Shown here piece by piece: positions 1 through 12,054 of a DNA stretch of 64,000 bases. A program made the translations under genes and the position numbers. The stretch is from Limnohabitans sp. (GTDB lineage Bacteria > Pseudomonadota > Gammaproteobacteria > Burkholderiales > Burkholderiaceae_C): NCBI GenBank assembly GCA_040401095.1, contig JBBAOY010000005.1, forward strand, positions 4,114 to 68,113, in the 5' to 3' direction. The notes beneath the pieces are model-generated. The model was not told the origin of the DNA and did no database searches. It was given only the letters and a program-made list of their open reading frames with translations. How positions within the stretch are numbered: position 1 is the stretch's first letter; every line of letters begins with the position of its first letter.

Positions 1-435
1 TTTGCCAAAGCTAAAGGCACCGCCTTTGCCGCCGCCTTGCATTTGGCGCATGAAGTAGACCCAGACGCCGATCAACAGCAACATGGGCCCCCAGCTGACC
101 AACAAGGTCATGAGCAAGGAACCTTCTTCGCGGGGTTTGACATCGAACTTCACGCCGTTGGAGATGAGGTCGCCCACCAAGCCACGGTCGAGGTAAGTGG
201 CGGTGGTTTTAATTTTGCGCTCGTCGTTAGTAATAGCAACGATCTCGGTTCCGCCTTGGCCTTCTTGGATGGTGGCGGTTTTGATGCGTTTGGCGCGAAC
301 TTCTTCTAGGAAGTCGGAGTAGCCCAAATATCCAGAGCTCGCACCAGGGCGTGTTTCAAATTGTTTGAACACGGTAAAAAGCACCAAAGCGATTACCAAC
401 CAAACAGCAACTTTTGAGAACCATTGATTATTCAA
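1..435 (-). CDS. ftsH: ATP-dependent zinc metalloprotease FtsH, N-terminal 145 codons (rest lies beyond the left window edge)
   Basis: Absent from the ORF track because it runs off the window. The reverse complement of 1-435 reads (TTG)NNQWFSKVAVWLVIALVLFTVFKQFETRP...LLIGVWVYFMRQMQGGGKGGAFSFGK. That is FtsH TM1, periplasmic loop, TM2 and the entry to the AAA module. It lies downstream of rlmE, as is usual. TTG start at 435-433. Confidence 0.9.
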   Translation of the reverse strand, partial: MNNQWFSKVAVWLVIALVLFTVFKQFETRPGASSGYLGYSDFLEEVRAKRIKTATIQEGQGGTEIVAITNDERKIKTTATYLDRGLVGDLISNGVKFDVKPREEGSLLMTLLVSWGPMLLLIGVWVYFMRQMQGGGKGGAFSFGK

Positions 436-538
436 TGTGGGCTCCGAACAATAATAGAAAAGAACAAAGGGTAGATAGTGATTATATTAAGCCTTTCAAC
501 CCAAGGAAACTCTTGACCTGTAAAAGAACCACCTTAGA

Positions 539-1249
539 TCAAGGGTTTGCGATATTACGGTGTTTGAGACCGATTCCGACCAAAAACGTCTCACTCGACT
601 TGTCTCGGCTGGCTTTGGGCTTGATGGGTTTAACGACATGGAAGCTCTCTTTGAACAACTTCACCAGCTGGCTATAGCCGCTGCCGTGGAACATTTTGAC
701 CACCAAGGCGCCATCGTCTTTCATGTGTTTTTGTGAGAATTCCAAGCCCAATTCGACCAAATGGGCGATGCGTGCAGCGTCGGCCGACTCGATACCTGAC
801 AAATTCGGCGCCATGTCTGAGACCACCACATCCGCCATGCGACCCTGTAGGGCAGTTTCCACTTCAGCTAAAACCGCTGGTTCGCGAAAGTCGCCATGGA
901 TAAAAAGGACGCCCTCGACCGGCTCCATGGGCAAGATATCAACAGCAACGATAGTGCCGTTCAAAGCGCCCACCGCCGCGCCTTCGGGCGACAAACGGCG
1001 ACGCACATACTGGCTCCAAGCGCCAGGGGTAGAGCCTAAATCGACTACCAAATGGCCGGGCTTGATCAAACCCAACTGTTCATCGATTTCTTTGAGTTTG
1101 TAAGCAGCCCGAGCCCGATAGCCGTCTTTTTTGGCCAATTTGACATAAGGGTCGTTGACATGGTCGTTCAACCACGATTTATTGACCTTCTTGCTTTGTG
1201 TTTTAACTTTCAACGGAACCCTTGTAGCGAGGGCGGATAATACCCCCAT
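539..1249 (-). CDS. rlmE: 23S rRNA (uridine2552-2'-O)-methyltransferase RlmE/FtsJ
   Basis: Contains [33 protein letters not shown] and the SAM-binding motif [13 protein letters not shown]. Sits directly upstream of ftsH. The longest-ORF start at 1249 overlaps the divergent yhbY ATG. An in-frame TTG at 1213 ([15 protein letters not shown]) is a plausible true start. Confidence 0.9.
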   Translation of the reverse strand: MGVLSALATRVPLKVKTQSKKVNKSWLNDHVNDPYVKLAKKDGYRARAAYKLKEIDEQLGLIKPGHLVVDLGSTPGAWSQYVRRRLSPEGAAVGALNGTIVAVDILPMEPVEGVLFIHGDFREPAVLAEVETALQGRMADVVVSDMAPNLSGIESADAARIAHLVELGLEFSQKHMKDDGALVVKMFHGSGYSQLVKLFKESFHVVKPIKPKASRDKSSETFLVGIGLKHRNIANP

Positions 1250-1721
1250 GACAGCTATTCAACTCACGCCCGCACAACGCAAGGCACACCGCTCAGACGC
1301 CCACCACTTAGACCCCGTGGTCATGGTTGGCAACGACGGAATCACCCCCGCCATCCTCAAAGAAGCCAATATGGCGCTCGACGCCCACGGTTTGATCAAA
1401 ATTCGCGTCTTTGGTGACGACCGCCTCAAACGCGAAGAAATGTTTGCAGCGCTGGCCGATCAACTCAACGCAGCGCCCATTCAGCACATCGGCAAACTTT
1501 TTGTGCTCTGGCGGCCCATTGCCGAGAAAGCCGATACGCCCAATGAAGACCGCATGCCCGGGCCTCGAGACGTCAAAGTCTTGAAATACAGCAAACGCGG
1601 CGGTCAAAGGCCTGAAGTTAAAACTTTGCGCGTTTTGGGCAACCAGCGTTTGACATCGGGGGGTCAGGTTAAGCGGGCTAAGCCCAAAAAGACCTCGATT
1701 AAGAAAAGAACTTTGGGCTAA
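1248..1721 (+). CDS. yhbY: Ribosome assembly RNA-binding protein YhbY (CRM domain) with basic C-terminal extension
   Basis: [54 protein letters not shown] matches the YhbY/CRS1 fold. Divergent from rlmE and next to greA, as in E. coli. ATG at 1248 chosen because the track ORF from 1155 would overlap rlmE. Confidence 0.8.
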   Translation: MTAIQLTPAQRKAHRSDAHHLDPVVMVGNDGITPAILKEANMALDAHGLIKIRVFGDDRLKREEMFAALADQLNAAPIQHIGKLFVLWRPIAEKADTPNEDRMPGPRDVKVLKYSKRGGQRPEVKTLRVLGNQRLTSGGQVKRAKPKKTSIKKRTLG

Positions 1722-1722
1722 T

Positions 1723-2199
1723 TTAGCGGTAGTGAACCGCTATAACTTCATAACTCTTTTCGCCCCCAGGCGCCACGACGACGGCAACATCACCCTCTTC
1801 TTTGCCAATCAAGGCACGGGCAATCGGGCTGCTGATATTGATCAAACCGAGTTTGAGATCGGCTTCGTCTTCACCCACGATTTGGTAAGTCACTTTTTCG
1901 CCCGACGTTTCCTCTTCTAGTTCTACGGTTGCGCCGAAGACCACTTTGCCGCCCCCGTCGACTGCAGTAGGGTCGATCACCAGAGCCGCTGAAAGTTTGC
2001 CTTCAATCTCTTGGATGCGGCCTTCGATAAAGCCTTGGCGGTCTTTGGCCGCGTCGTATTCGGCGTTCTCGCTCAAGTCGCCTTGGGCACGGGCTTCGGC
2101 AATCGCGTTGATCACCCAAGGACGGTCGACAGTCTTTAGTTTGTGCAACTCGTCTTTGAGCTTTTCAGCGCCGCGTTTTGTAATTGGAATAGTCGCCAT
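1723..2199 (-). CDS. greA: Transcription elongation factor GreA
   Basis: [61 protein letters not shown] is canonical GreA. The track start at 2202 is TTG and the next codon is ATG at 2199, which overlaps the carB TGA as TGATG. Confidence 0.95.
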   Translation of the reverse strand: MATIPITKRGAEKLKDELHKLKTVDRPWVINAIAEARAQGDLSENAEYDAAKDRQGFIEGRIQEIEGKLSAALVIDPTAVDGGGKVVFGATVELEEETSGEKVTYQIVGEDEADLKLGLINISSPIARALIGKEEGDVAVVVAPGGEKSYEVIAVHYR

Positions 2200-5100
2200 C
2201 AATTTCTTTCTAATGCGCTCAGTTGCGCATGCATTTCTTGGACCGAGATCACGCCTAAATTGTCCATGTACTTCATTCCCTCGACTGCCGCCTCGGCGCC
2301 AGCGATGGTGGTGAAAGTCGTGACCCGGTTGAGCAAGGCCGTGGTGCGAATGTAGCGGGAGTCGGCGATCGCATTACGCCGCTCCTCGACCGTGTTGATC
2401 ACCAAAATCACTTCGTTGTTTTTGATCATGTCGACGATGTGCGGACGCCCTTCGGCCACCTTGTTGATCGTGGCGCATGCCACGCCTGCTTCTTGGATGG
2501 CCAATGCCGTTCCTTTGGTCGCTACAAGTTCGAAGCCCTGAGCTTGCAACTCACGCGCCACTTCAATCACGCGAGGTTTGTCATTATTTTTAACGGATAA
2601 AAATACTTTGCCAGATAATGTGCCGTCGGCCTTTTGGGCTCGAGGTAATTTGGTTCCAGCACCCAATTGGCTTTTCACAAAAGCTTCGCCAAAGGTTTTG
2701 CCTACGCCCATGACCTCTCCCGTGGACTTCATCTCGGGGCCCAAGATGGTATCGACACCAGGGAACTTCACAAAGGGGAAAACGGCTTCTTTCACGCTGA
2801 AATAAGGGGGAGTCACTTCGTTTTGAATGCCTTGCGAGGCCAGTGTTTGACCCGCCATGCAACGCGCCGCCACTTTGGCTAGTTGTATGCCCGTCGCTTT
2901 GGACACAAAAGGCACGGTTCTCGAAGCACGCGGATTGACCTCTAAGACATAAACGACATCCTGACCCTGGTCTTGTTGAATGGCGAACTGCACATTCATC
3001 AAGCCGATCACATTCAAAGCCTCGGCCATAGCAGCCGACTGACGTTTGAGTTCATTGACCGTTTCTGCAGACAAGGAATAAGGGGGCAAAGAACAGGCTG
3101 AGTCACCACTATGGACACCAGCTTGCTCGATATGCTCCATCACGCCGCCGATAAAGGTCTTGCCTTCAGGGTCACGCAAGCAGTCGACGTCGCATTCGAT
3201 GGCGTCATTCAAAAAGCGGTCTAACAAAACAGGTGAATCGTTAGAAACCTTCACGGCCTCTCGCATATAGCGCTCTAAATCGCGTTGCTCATGGACGATT
3301 TCCATCGCGCGACCACCGAGCACATAGCTGGGACGCACCACCAAGGGGTAACCCAAGGCAGATGCTTTTTCCAAAGCCTCTGCTTCGGTGCGGGCTGTGG
3401 CGTTTGGAGGTTGGCGCAAACCCAAACCTTGCAGAAGCTTTTGGAAGCGCTCGCGGTCTTCGGCCGCATCGATCATGTCAGGGCTGGTGCCGATGATGGG
3501 CACGCCGGCGGCCTCAAGCCCGAGCGCGAGTTTCAAAGGCGTTTGGCCACCATACTGCACGATCACGCCGTGCGGTTTTTCTTTGTCGACGATTTCTAGA
3601 ACATCTTCCAAAGTCAAAGGCTCGAAATAGAGGCGGTCTGATGTGTCGTAGTCTGTCGAGACAGTCTCAGGGTTGCAATTGACCATGATGGTCTCGTAGC
3701 CGTCTTCGCGCATCGCCAAGGCGGCATGGACACAGCAGTAGTCAAACTCGATGCCTTGGCCGATACGGTTGGGGCCACCACCGAGCACCATGATTTTTTT
3801 CTTAGCTGTAGGTTGCGCTTCGCACTCGTCGCCGTAGGTGGAGTACATATAGGCGGTATCGGTAGAAAACTCCGCCGCGCAGGTGTCTACCCGTTTGAAA
3901 ACAGGCCGGATATTGGCCGCGTGTCTTTGGGCGCGCACCGCTGCTTCTGTTGTTTTGAGCAACTTGGCCAAGCGGCGGTCTGAAAAACCTTTGCGCTTCA
4001 ACGCTCGCAACTCAGCGGCAGAAATCTTGTCGAGCGCGGTCGTCTCTAACTCCAACTCAATTTTGACGATCTCTTCAATTTGCACCAAAAACCAAGGGTC
4101 GATTTTGGTCAGGGCAAACACCTCGTCCACACTCATGCCTTGGCCGAAGGCGTCGCCTACATACCAAATACGGTCAGGACCAGGTTCGCCGAGTTCTTTC
4201 TCTAGCACTTCGCGGTCTTGGGTTTTTTCGTTCAAACCGTCGACGCCTACTTCCAAGCCACGCAAAGCTTTTTGGAAGGACTCTTGGAAGGTGCGACCAA
4301 TCGCCATGACCTCGCCCACCGACTTCATTTGGGTGGTCAAGCGGCTGTCGGCCGTGGGGAATTTCTCAAACGCGAAACGTGGAATCTTCGTAACCACATA
4401 GTCGATGCTCGGCTCAAAACTCGAGGGCGTAGCACCACCGGTTATTTCGTTGCGCAATTCGTCTAAGGTATAGCCAACTGCTAACTTGGCTGCGACTTTT
4501 GCAATTGGAAAGCCAGTTGCTTTAGACGCCAAAGCTGACGAGCGCGACACACGCGGGTTCATCTCGATCACGATCATGCGACCGTCTTGGGGATTGACAG
4601 AGAACTGCACGTTCGAACCGCCTGTGTCGACACCAATTTCACGCAATACCGCCAACGAGGCGTTGCGCATGATTTGGTATTCCTTGTCGGTCAGCGTTTG
4701 GGCAGGAGCAACAGTGATGGAGTCGCCGGTGTGCACGCCCATCGGGTCCAAGTTTTCAATCGAGCAGATGATGATGCAGTTGTCGGCCTTATCGCGCACG
4801 ACTTCCATCTCGAACTCTTTCCAGCCAAGCAAAGATTCTTCTATCAACAACTCGTTCGTAGGCGAGGCTTCTAGTCCGCGCTTGCAAATCGTCTCGAATT
4901 CTTCGGGGTTGTAGGCGATGCCGCCACCTGTGCCGCCGAGCGTGAAGCTAGGACGAATAACCGTAGGAAACCCGACGGTGCGTTGCACGTCCCAAGCTTC
5001 TTCCATGCTGTGGGCAATGCCAGAGCGGGCGGAACCCAGCCCAATTTTGGTCATCGCGTCTTTGAACTTCAGACGGTCTTCGGCTTTGTCGATCGCTTCT

Positions 5101-5459
5101 GGCGTGGCACCAATCAATTCGACTTTGTATTTGTCGAGCACTCCGTTACGCCACAAATCTAGGGCGCAGTTGAGCGCGGTTTGTCCGCCCATGGTGGGCA
5201 ATATCGCGTCGGGCCGCTCTTTGGCGATGATCTTCTCAACCGTTTGCCACGTGATCGGCTCAATGTAGGTGACATCTGCCGTGGCGGGGTCGGTCATGAT
5301 GGTCGCAGGGTTGCTGTTGATCAATATGACTTTGTAGCCCTCTTCGCGCAGGGCCTTGCAGGCTTGTACGCCCGAGTAATCAAACTCGCAAGCTTGGCCA
5401 ATCACGATGGGGCCTGCCCCAATGATCAAAATACTTTTCAGGTCTAAACGCTTAGGCAT
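2199..5459 (-). CDS. carB: Carbamoyl-phosphate synthase large subunit
   Basis: 1086 aa. [42 protein letters not shown] with duplicated ATP-grasp halves and a C-terminal MGS-like domain. Confidence 0.97.
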   Translation of the reverse strand: MPKRLDLKSILIIGAGPIVIGQACEFDYSGVQACKALREEGYKVILINSNPATIMTDPATADVTYIEPITWQTVEKIIAKERPDAILPTMGGQTALNCALDLWRNGVLDKYKVELIGATPEAIDKAEDRLKFKDAMTKIGLGSARSGIAHSMEEAWDVQRTVGFPTVIRPSFTLGGTGGGIAYNPEEFETICKRGLEASPTNELLIEESLLGWKEFEMEVVRDKADNCIIICSIENLDPMGVHTGDSITVAPAQTLTDKEYQIMRNASLAVLREIGVDTGGSNVQFSVNPQDGRMIVIEMNPRVSRSSALASKATGFPIAKVAAKLAVGYTLDELRNEITGGATPSSFEPSIDYVVTKIPRFAFEKFPTADSRLTTQMKSVGEVMAIGRTFQESFQKALRGLEVGVDGLNEKTQDREVLEKELGEPGPDRIWYVGDAFGQGMSVDEVFALTKIDPWFLVQIEEIVKIELELETTALDKISAAELRALKRKGFSDRRLAKLLKTTEAAVRAQRHAANIRPVFKRVDTCAAEFSTDTAYMYSTYGDECEAQPTAKKKIMVLGGGPNRIGQGIEFDYCCVHAALAMREDGYETIMVNCNPETVSTDYDTSDRLYFEPLTLEDVLEIVDKEKPHGVIVQYGGQTPLKLALGLEAAGVPIIGTSPDMIDAAEDRERFQKLLQGLGLRQPPNATARTEAEALEKASALGYPLVVRPSYVLGGRAMEIVHEQRDLERYMREAVKVSNDSPVLLDRFLNDAIECDVDCLRDPEGKTFIGGVMEHIEQAGVHSGDSACSLPPYSLSAETVNELKRQSAAMAEALNVIGLMNVQFAIQQDQGQDVVYVLEVNPRASRTVPFVSKATGIQLAKVAARCMAGQTLASQGIQNEVTPPYFSVKEAVFPFVKFPGVDTILGPEMKSTGEVMGVGKTFGEAFVKSQLGAGTKLPRAQKADGTLSGKVFLSVKNNDKPRVIEVARELQAQGFELVATKGTALAIQEAGVACATINKVAEGRPHIVDMIKNNEVILVINTVEERRNAIADSRYIRTTALLNRVTTFTTIAGAEAAVEGMKYMDNLGVISVQEMHAQLSALERN

Positions 5460-6622
5460 CAGTGTGTCTCCATCGCATGGATGAAGCGGTCAAATAGGTA
5501 AGAGATATCTTGGGGGCCGGGCGAAGCCTCGGGGTGCCCTTGGAAGCAAAAGGCAGGTTTGTCGGTACGCTGCAATCCTTGGATAGTTCCGTCAAACAGC
5601 GACACATGGGTAGCGCGCAAGTTGGCTGGCAGAGATGTTTCGTCCACCGCAAAACCATGGTTTTGGCTGGTGATGGAAACACGTCCCGAGTCCAAATCTT
5701 TGGCAGGATGGTTGGCGCCGTGGTGGCCAAATTTCATCTTGAAGGTTTTGGCGCCACTGGCCAAAGCCATGATTTGGTGACCTAAGCAAATGCCAAAGGT
5801 GGGAATGCCTTTGTCGATCAAAGCGGCTGCCGCTTCTATCGCATAGCTACAAGGCTCAGGATCGCCTGGGCCGTTGGAGAGAAAAATTCCATCGGGCTTC
5901 AAAGCCAAGGCCTCTTGGGCAGAAGTTTTGGCGGGCACCACCGTCACTTGACAACCACGCTCAGCCAGCATGCGCAAGATGTTGTGTTTGACGCCGAAGT
6001 CGAAGGCCACCACGTGGAACTTGGTATTACTTGCTTTGCCGTATCCAGAGCCCAAGGCCCATTCGGTTTGGGTCCAGTCATGCGGCTTTTGCACCGTGAC
6101 TTTTTGCGCCAGATCCAAGCCCGCCATGTTGGGGGCTTTGAGCGCCAAGGCTTTGGCTTGGGCGATCAAATCGTCGGTGATTGTTTGACCTGCAGACAAG
6201 CCCAAAATTGCACCGTTTTGGGAGCCCTTGCTTCGTAGCAAGCGGGTCAATTGGCGGGTGTCGATATTGGCGATCGCCACCGTTTTGTTGGCTATCAAAT
6301 AACTGGAGAGATCAGACTGCGAACGGAAGTTGCTGGCGATCAAAGGCAGGTCATGGATGATCAAGCCTGCGGCATGGACTTGGGTCGATTCCGCATCTTC
6401 TGCGTTGGTACCGTAGTTGCCGATGTGTGGATAGGTAAGCGTGACGATTTGCTGGCAATAGCTGGGATCCGTCAGGATTTCTTGGTAGCCCGTGATGGAG
6501 GTATTGAAAACCACCTCGCCAGATGTGGCGCCCACTGCGCCGATTGAATTGCCAACAAAGACCGTGCCGTCTGCGAGCGCCAAAATGGCGGGAGGGAATT
6601 TTCCCTGAAGAGACAAAAGCAC
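5459..6622 (-). CDS. carA: Carbamoyl-phosphate synthase small (glutaminase) subunit
   Basis: [17 protein letters not shown]...[11 protein letters not shown] and the GATase motif [10 protein letters not shown]. The stop overlaps the carB ATG (TGATG). Start set to the GTG at 6622, preceded by GGAGAA. The longest ORF extends to 6658. Confidence 0.93.
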   Translation of the reverse strand: MLLSLQGKFPPAILALADGTVFVGNSIGAVGATSGEVVFNTSITGYQEILTDPSYCQQIVTLTYPHIGNYGTNAEDAESTQVHAAGLIIHDLPLIASNFRSQSDLSSYLIANKTVAIANIDTRQLTRLLRSKGSQNGAILGLSAGQTITDDLIAQAKALALKAPNMAGLDLAQKVTVQKPHDWTQTEWALGSGYGKASNTKFHVVAFDFGVKHNILRMLAERGCQVTVVPAKTSAQEALALKPDGIFLSNGPGDPEPCSYAIEAAAALIDKGIPTFGICLGHQIMALASGAKTFKMKFGHHGANHPAKDLDSGRVSITSQNHGFAVDETSLPANLRATHVSLFDGTIQGLQRTDKPAFCFQGHPEASPGPQDISYLFDRFIHAMETH

Positions 6623-6770
6623 TGGGTTCTCCGGTTTTGTTCGGGTACGCCTCAGCACTTACTTGAGCTCGGGGCTCGTTTGGGGGCTGCTTTTGTGAGG
6701 GAATTGCCTAGTAGGAAGCTGGGACGTACTGGTTGTAGGTGAAAAGCCACCCATTATATCTGACGGCCTT

Positions 6771-7565
6771 TTACGCCTGACCCACTGTGGCAGTGGCATG
6801 CAGACAAATAGCCGCCGCCGAGGCTACGTTGAGCGACTCTTCGCCGCCTGGTTGGGCGATTCGCACTGTCATGCTGGCCAATTGGGCCGCCTCAGGCGAG
6901 ACGCCCTGCCCTTCGTGTCCAAAAATCCAGCCACAAGGGTTTGGCAATGCGTTTTTAGCACCCAAAGTATGCAAAAACGGCCCTTGGTGGGAACTGGTCG
7001 AGAGCCAAGTGATTTGCAGATCGGCCAGCTGTTCGGGCTCTACCCCTTCGACCAAATGCAAACCGAAATGCGCACCCATAGCTGCGCGCAACACTTTGGG
7101 CGACCAAAGCGCCGCAGTTCCTTTGCGCGCTAAGACCTGTGCGAAGCCAAATGCACTGGCGCTGCGCAAGATAGAACCGACATTGCCCGCGTCTTGTATC
7201 TGGTCTAAGAAGACGGTGGGCACGCCCTGTTGAATGTCATGGTCCCTAGCTGTTTCTATTGAGCTCGAAATCGTCCAAACGAATCCCATCGTGCTGGCAG
7301 ACTCAAGTCCGCTAATCTCGCGAAACAAAGCGTCGGGTAGGACTGTATTTTTGGGCGCGGCTTGAGTTAATTGGGTGGGCGTGTTGTCCCAAGCAGATTG
7401 CGCAAAAACTGCCTGCTCAGGAACAAGACCACGTGTTAGTAAAGCACGGCAAAGATGGTCGCCCTCCAACCAGACCCGTCCGGTTTTGCGGTAAGCCGTG
7501 CTGTCTTGGGAAAGGCGCCGCAATTCTTTAACCAAAGGGTTGTCGCGCGAGGTAATCAAGTTCAT
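6771..7565 (-). CDS. TrmH/SpoU-family RNA 2'-O-methyltransferase
   Basis: [19 protein letters not shown]-terminus and C-terminal SpoU motifs (LDQIQDAGNVGSILRSA, IFGHEGQGVS, ESLNVASAAAICLH). The ATG at 7565 overlaps the rnhB TGA (ATGA). Confidence 0.8.
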   Translation of the reverse strand: MNLITSRDNPLVKELRRLSQDSTAYRKTGRVWLEGDHLCRALLTRGLVPEQAVFAQSAWDNTPTQLTQAAPKNTVLPDALFREISGLESASTMGFVWTISSSIETARDHDIQQGVPTVFLDQIQDAGNVGSILRSASAFGFAQVLARKGTAALWSPKVLRAAMGAHFGLHLVEGVEPEQLADLQITWLSTSSHQGPFLHTLGAKNALPNPCGWIFGHEGQGVSPEAAQLASMTVRIAQPGGEESLNVASAAAICLHATATVGQA

Positions 7566-8179
7566 CACATCACCTGCGCGACGGGCGAGAAAGACTTGCG
7601 GTGCCATGGGCTAGCACCAAACTCTTGCAAAGCTGCCAAATGCGCCGCAGTGCCATAGCCTTTGTGCAGATGGAAACTGTATTCGGGGTACTGCGCGTGC
7701 ATGCTCAGACACAGCCTGTCCCGGTGCACTTTCGCCAAGATAGACGCCGCGGAAATAGCCTGCACTTTGCTGTCGCCTTTCACGATGGCTTCTGCCAATA
7801 CGTCTAGGACAGGCAGTTGGTTACCGTCGACCAGCACTTTGCTGGGTTTCAATCTGAGGCCATTGACCGCGCGTTGCATCGCCAAAAGCGTGGCTTGCAA
7901 AATATTCAGCGTATCGATTTCTTCGACCGTTGCTTCGGCAATCGAGCAACACAAGGCCTTGGCGCGGATTTGGTCAAACAAACGCTCGCGTTTCAAGGCG
8001 GTGAGTTTCTTGGAATCGGCCAAACCTGGAATGGGATGCAAGTCGTCCAAGATGACGGCGGCAGCTACGACCGGCCCTGCTAAAGGCCCACGCCCCGCCT
8101 CGTCCACGCCAGCGATCAAACCCGGCGCATCCCAGACCAAAGCGGTTTGTTCAGTGAGCAATGATTTTTTCGATCGCAT
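7565..8179 (-). CDS. rnhB: Ribonuclease HII
   Basis: [23 protein letters not shown] and DSKKLT motifs. Follows lpxB as in the conserved cluster. Confidence 0.93.
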   Translation of the reverse strand: MRSKKSLLTEQTALVWDAPGLIAGVDEAGRGPLAGPVVAAAVILDDLHPIPGLADSKKLTALKRERLFDQIRAKALCCSIAEATVEEIDTLNILQATLLAMQRAVNGLRLKPSKVLVDGNQLPVLDVLAEAIVKGDSKVQAISAASILAKVHRDRLCLSMHAQYPEYSFHLHKGYGTAAHLAALQEFGASPWHRKSFSPVAQVM

Positions 8180-9299
8180 CGGTTGCTAACTGGTTTGTGT
8201 CCATTTTTAAACTGTTATGCAGTGCCTCAAAGCGCGCTTGTAAGCTGCGTACCGCCTCTGGATGTGCCAGCCACTGCAAGGTCTTGTCTGCCAAGGCCTC
8301 TGGCGTGGCTGCGTCTTGCAATAGCTCAGGCACCGCAAAGTCTTGCAACAAGATGTTGGGCAAACCCACCCATGGCTGGAGTTTTTTGCGCCGCATGATT
8401 TGCCAACTCAACGCATGCATGTTGTAGGCAATCACCATAGGGCGTTTGAACAAAGCGGCTTCTAGGGTTGCTGTGCCGCTCGCGATCAAAGTGACATCAC
8501 AAGCCGCTAGCGCTGTATGCGATTGGCCTTCGCAAATCCGCAAGCCTGCTACACCACCTATTTGCTGGACCAAGGCTTGTATGGCGGGAACGAACGCAGG
8601 CAGTGTGGGCAAGATGAATTGAAGTCCAGGCTGGCGATCGGCCATCCGTTTGGCGGCCTGGAGAAACCGCAAGGCCAGATAGTCGATTTCAGACTTGCGA
8701 CTTCCGGGCAACAAAGCAACTAGCGTTGCGTCCAATGGGATATTCAAAGCATTTCGCGCGGCGTCTCGGTCTATGACTTGCGGGATTTTGTGCGCTAAAG
8801 GATGGCCCACATAGGTCGCAGCAATTTTGTGGCGCTCTAACAGTTCGGTCTCGAATGGAAACACACACAAAACATGGTCCACGCTTTGGCGAATCGTCTC
8901 GATCCGTTCTGGTCGCCAAGCCCAGATGGATGGGCACACATAGTGGATGGTAGGAATACCTTGCGCCTTGAGGTGCTTGGCTAAATCAAGATTGAAGTCA
9001 GGAGCGTCAATTCCAATGAACGCATTGGGAGGCTTTTGTGTCCAGCGCGCTTTGAGTTGGCGACGAATGCCAACAATTTCCCAATAGTGTTTGAGCACTT
9101 CTACATAGCCGCGCACTGCCAGTTTTTCATAGCCCCAGATAGGTTTGAAACCATGGGCCACCATGGCGGATCCGCCAATGCCTTCAGAGGAGAGATGGGG
9201 CCACCTTTGCACCATGCCTTGCAACAACATAGCCGCCAACATATCGCCAGAAGCCTCGCCTGCCACCATTGCGAATGTTGTTGGCTGGGTCATGGCCAA
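8151..9299 (-). CDS. lpxB: Lipid-A-disaccharide synthase
   Basis: 382 aa with [19 protein letters not shown]-terminus. Position between lpxA and rnhB. Confidence 0.93.
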   Translation of the reverse strand: MAMTQPTTFAMVAGEASGDMLAAMLLQGMVQRWPHLSSEGIGGSAMVAHGFKPIWGYEKLAVRGYVEVLKHYWEIVGIRRQLKARWTQKPPNAFIGIDAPDFNLDLAKHLKAQGIPTIHYVCPSIWAWRPERIETIRQSVDHVLCVFPFETELLERHKIAATYVGHPLAHKIPQVIDRDAARNALNIPLDATLVALLPGSRKSEIDYLALRFLQAAKRMADRQPGLQFILPTLPAFVPAIQALVQQIGGVAGLRICEGQSHTALAACDVTLIASGTATLEAALFKRPMVIAYNMHALSWQIMRRKKLQPWVGLPNILLQDFAVPELLQDAATPEALADKTLQWLAHPEAVRSLQARFEALHNSLKMDTNQLATDAIEKIIAH

Positions 9300-9303
9300 A
9301 CAA

Positions 9304-10098
9304 TCAGCGAATGATTCCGCGTTGGGCAGAGGTGTTGTTGAGGAAGTCGAGCATCATCGCCACGTCGGGGGTGGACTCGGGCTTCTCTTGGACGAGATGG
9401 GCGATTTGCTCTTTGGCTTTGTCGAGTGTCAAGTCGTCGCGGTACAAAGCCTTGTGCATCGCCTTGACAGCGCTGATGCGTTCAGGTGAGAAGCCTCTGC
9501 GGCGCAAGCCTTCAAAGTTCATAGAGCGCGCTTCGGCAGGTTGGCCTTGGCACATCACAAAAGGCGGCAAATCGGCCAGCAATAAAGAGTGCATCGCCGT
9601 AAAACTATGGGCACCGATGCGAACAAACTGGTGCACCACGGTAAATCCACCCAATATCGCCCAGTCCCCCACATGCACATGTCCTGCAAGTTGGGCGCTG
9701 TTAGCAAAAATGGTTTGGTTGCCCACCTGGCAGTCGTGCGCCAAATGCACATAGGCCATGATCCAGTTGTCATCTCCCACACGGGTTACGCCGACGTCGC
9801 CTGGTGAGCCGATGTTAAAAGTACAAAACTCTCGAATGGTGTTACGGTCGCCAATCACCAACTCACAAGGCTCCCCCTTGTATTTTTTGTCTTGAGGAAT
9901 CGCACCCAAGGAGTTGAATTGGAAGATACGGTTGTCTTTGCCGATGGTGGTGTGGCCTTCAATCACGCAATGCGCGCCTATGGTTGTGCCAGCGTCAACT
10001 TTGACATATGGACCAATGATGCTGTAGGGGCCTACTTGCACCGAGGCATCTAACTGCGCTTGGGGGTCCACTAAGGCCGTCGCGTGAATCAAACTCAT
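9304..10098 (-). CDS. lpxA: Acyl-ACP--UDP-N-acetylglucosamine O-acyltransferase
   Basis: [17 protein letters not shown] start, left-handed beta-helix hexapeptide repeats, and a C-terminal helical domain. The track ORF starts 8 codons earlier and would overlap fabZ. Confidence 0.94.
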   Translation of the reverse strand: MSLIHATALVDPQAQLDASVQVGPYSIIGPYVKVDAGTTIGAHCVIEGHTTIGKDNRIFQFNSLGAIPQDKKYKGEPCELVIGDRNTIREFCTFNIGSPGDVGVTRVGDDNWIMAYVHLAHDCQVGNQTIFANSAQLAGHVHVGDWAILGGFTVVHQFVRIGAHSFTAMHSLLLADLPPFVMCQGQPAEARSMNFEGLRRRGFSPERISAVKAMHKALYRDDLTLDKAKEQIAHLVQEKPESTPDVAMMLDFLNNTSAQRGIIR

Positions 10099-10114
10099 CT
10101 TGTCTCGCCTAGGT

Positions 10115-10558
10115 TTAGGCAATCGTGCGCATGGTGCACATCAGACTCGCTTCGGTAGCGATGTCTTCACCGACTTTGGCGCATGCATTGAATTTGAAAA
10201 TGCCAGACTTGTGGCGGTCCAGCGAGACTTCCAAAATCAGTTGGTCACCTGGTTCGACTGGACGCTTAAAGCGCGCACCGTCAATGCCTGCGAAGTAGTA
10301 GACCGTTTTGTCATCTGGAACTTTGCCCAACATATCAAACGCCAAAATAGCAGCGGCTTGCGCCAAAGCCTCCAAAATCAAAACGCCCGGCATGACAGGA
10401 CGGTGCGGGAAATGCCCCAGAAAAAACGGCTCGTTGATCGACACGTTTTTGATGGCTTTGATCGATTTACCCTTGTCAAGTTCCAGCACCCTATCCACCA
10501 ACAAAATCGGGTAGCGATGCGGCAGCATTTTTAAGATTTGGTGGATATCTAAGGTCAT
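10115..10558 (-). CDS. fabZ: 3-hydroxyacyl-ACP dehydratase FabZ
   Basis: [16 protein letters not shown]...[26 protein letters not shown] hotdog motif. Confidence 0.96.
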   Translation of the reverse strand: MTLDIHQILKMLPHRYPILLVDRVLELDKGKSIKAIKNVSINEPFFLGHFPHRPVMPGVLILEALAQAAAILAFDMLGKVPDDKTVYYFAGIDGARFKRPVEPGDQLILEVSLDRHKSGIFKFNACAKVGEDIATEASLMCTMRTIA

Positions 10559-11541
10559 TTTTTGGAGCTTTCAAAAGCGGTTTCTAGCGAACGAATGCGG
10601 TCTCGCAATCCGTGCAATTGCTTCAAGGTAGCGGCATTTTTTTCCCAAGAAGCATTGTCGTCGATGGGGAACACGCCGCTGTAGCTTCCCGACTTGCTGA
10701 TTGAACGCATGACGACCGAAGCGGCTGAAATATGCACGGCATCGGCTAATGTGAGATGCCCCAACACAATCGCGCCACCGCCTAAGGTGCAATGCGCGCC
10801 GATCACGGCGCTTCCTGCAACGCCTACGCAACCCGCCATCGCCGTGTGCGCACCCACTTGCACGTTGTGTCCAATTTGTACCAAGTTATCGAGTTTCACG
10901 CCGTCGCCAATGACGGTGTCTTCCAACGCACCGCGGTCGACACAAGAGTTGGCACCAATTTCGACGTGGTTACCAATGCGCACCGCCCCGAGCTGTTCTA
11001 TCTTTTCCCAGCGGCCATCAAAAGGCGCGAAACCAAAACCATCTGCGCCAATCACAACGCCTGCGTGCAAGATGCAATGTTCACCGATGGAGCAATCCGC
11101 GCCTAACGTGACGTGCGCTTTCAACCAAGAACCTGCTCCAACACGAGCGCCCTTCTCAATTACGCACAGGGGGCCAATTCGAGCGGTTGGGTGAACGACT
11201 GCTTTGGGGTGCACCACTGCACTGGGATGGACCAAGGGTTCACCATCTTCAGAGACTTGTTGTTTGCGCCACAACTGGGTCACTTTGGCGAAATAGAGGT
11301 AGGGGTTGGGAGAAACAATGCATGCAGTACCCGCGGTCAGCGAAGATTGCATCTCGGGCGACACAATCACGCAACCTGCTCGTGTAGTTGCGAGTTGGGA
11401 TCGGTAAAGGGGATTACTTAGGAAAGCCAATGAATTGGCAGTAGCAGTCTCTAGTGGACTGATTTTTTCTACAAGGAAGTCTGGGTCACCGTGAAGGCTG
11501 CCGCCGAGTTGTTCAATCAGTTGGCCAAGACGAATTGCCAA
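10555..11541 (-). CDS. lpxD: UDP-3-O-acylglucosamine N-acyltransferase
   Basis: 328 aa, hexapeptide-repeat protein in the lpxD position. TTG start. The stop overlaps the fabZ start. Confidence 0.92.
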   Translation of the reverse strand: MAIRLGQLIEQLGGSLHGDPDFLVEKISPLETATANSLAFLSNPLYRSQLATTRAGCVIVSPEMQSSLTAGTACIVSPNPYLYFAKVTQLWRKQQVSEDGEPLVHPSAVVHPKAVVHPTARIGPLCVIEKGARVGAGSWLKAHVTLGADCSIGEHCILHAGVVIGADGFGFAPFDGRWEKIEQLGAVRIGNHVEIGANSCVDRGALEDTVIGDGVKLDNLVQIGHNVQVGAHTAMAGCVGVAGSAVIGAHCTLGGGAIVLGHLTLADAVHISAASVVMRSISKSGSYSGVFPIDDNASWEKNAATLKQLHGLRDRIRSLETAFESSKK

Positions 11542-11547
11542 GGCTGA

Positions 11548-12054
11548 TTACTTCGCGGCGTTGATAACCTTTAACACCTTGTCGGTGATGTCATGCTTGG
11601 GGTTGATATAGACAGCCTCTTGCAAAACCAGGTCGTATTTTTCAGATTCAGCCACTTGTTTGATCACACGGTTGGCGCGCTCGAGTACCAATTGGAACTC
11701 TTCATTCTTGCGTGCGTTCAATTCTTCTTGGAACTCGCGGCGCTTGCGCTGAAATTCACGGTCTTGCTCGCCCAGTTGCTTTTGGCGCGTGACACGCTGC
11801 GATTCAGCCAAAGTTGGGGCTTCGCGCTCAAACTTTTCAACCGCTGCTTTGAGCGTGGCGCCAAAATCGTTGAGTTCTTTTTCGCGCTTAGAGAATTCTT
11901 GCTCCAACTTGGCTTGCGCCTGCTTGGCGGTATTGGCTTCTTTGAAAATACGGTCGGTATTGATAAACCCGATACGAATTTCCTGCGCAGCCGCGCTGAC
12001 AGAAGCCACACCCACCATGGCGGTTAAAAGAAAAAAACTTAAAAACTTTTTCAT
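11548..12054 (-). CDS. skp: Periplasmic chaperone Skp/OmpH
   Basis: Signal peptide MKKFLSFFLLTAMVGVASVSAAAQ followed by a coiled-coil rich in K/E/Q. Lies between bamA and lpxD. Confidence 0.85.
   Translation of the reverse strand: MKKFLSFFLLTAMVGVASVSAAAQEIRIGFINTDRIFKEANTAKQAQAKLEQEFSKREKELNDFGATLKAAVEKFEREAPTLAESQRVTRQKQLGEQDREFQRKRREFQEELNARKNEEFQLVLERANRVIKQVAESEKYDLVLQEAVYINPKHDITDKVLKVINAAK

Noticed and set aside
37-309. Plus-strand 90-aa ORF at the left edge
   Set aside because: It lies antisense to a clearly recognisable ftsH N-terminus read on the minus strand. Its sequence is low-complexity and has no family resemblance.
7662-8189. 175-aa plus-strand ORF
   Set aside because: It is antisense to rnhB and the lpxB 3' end. 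It is a shadow ORF with no motifs.
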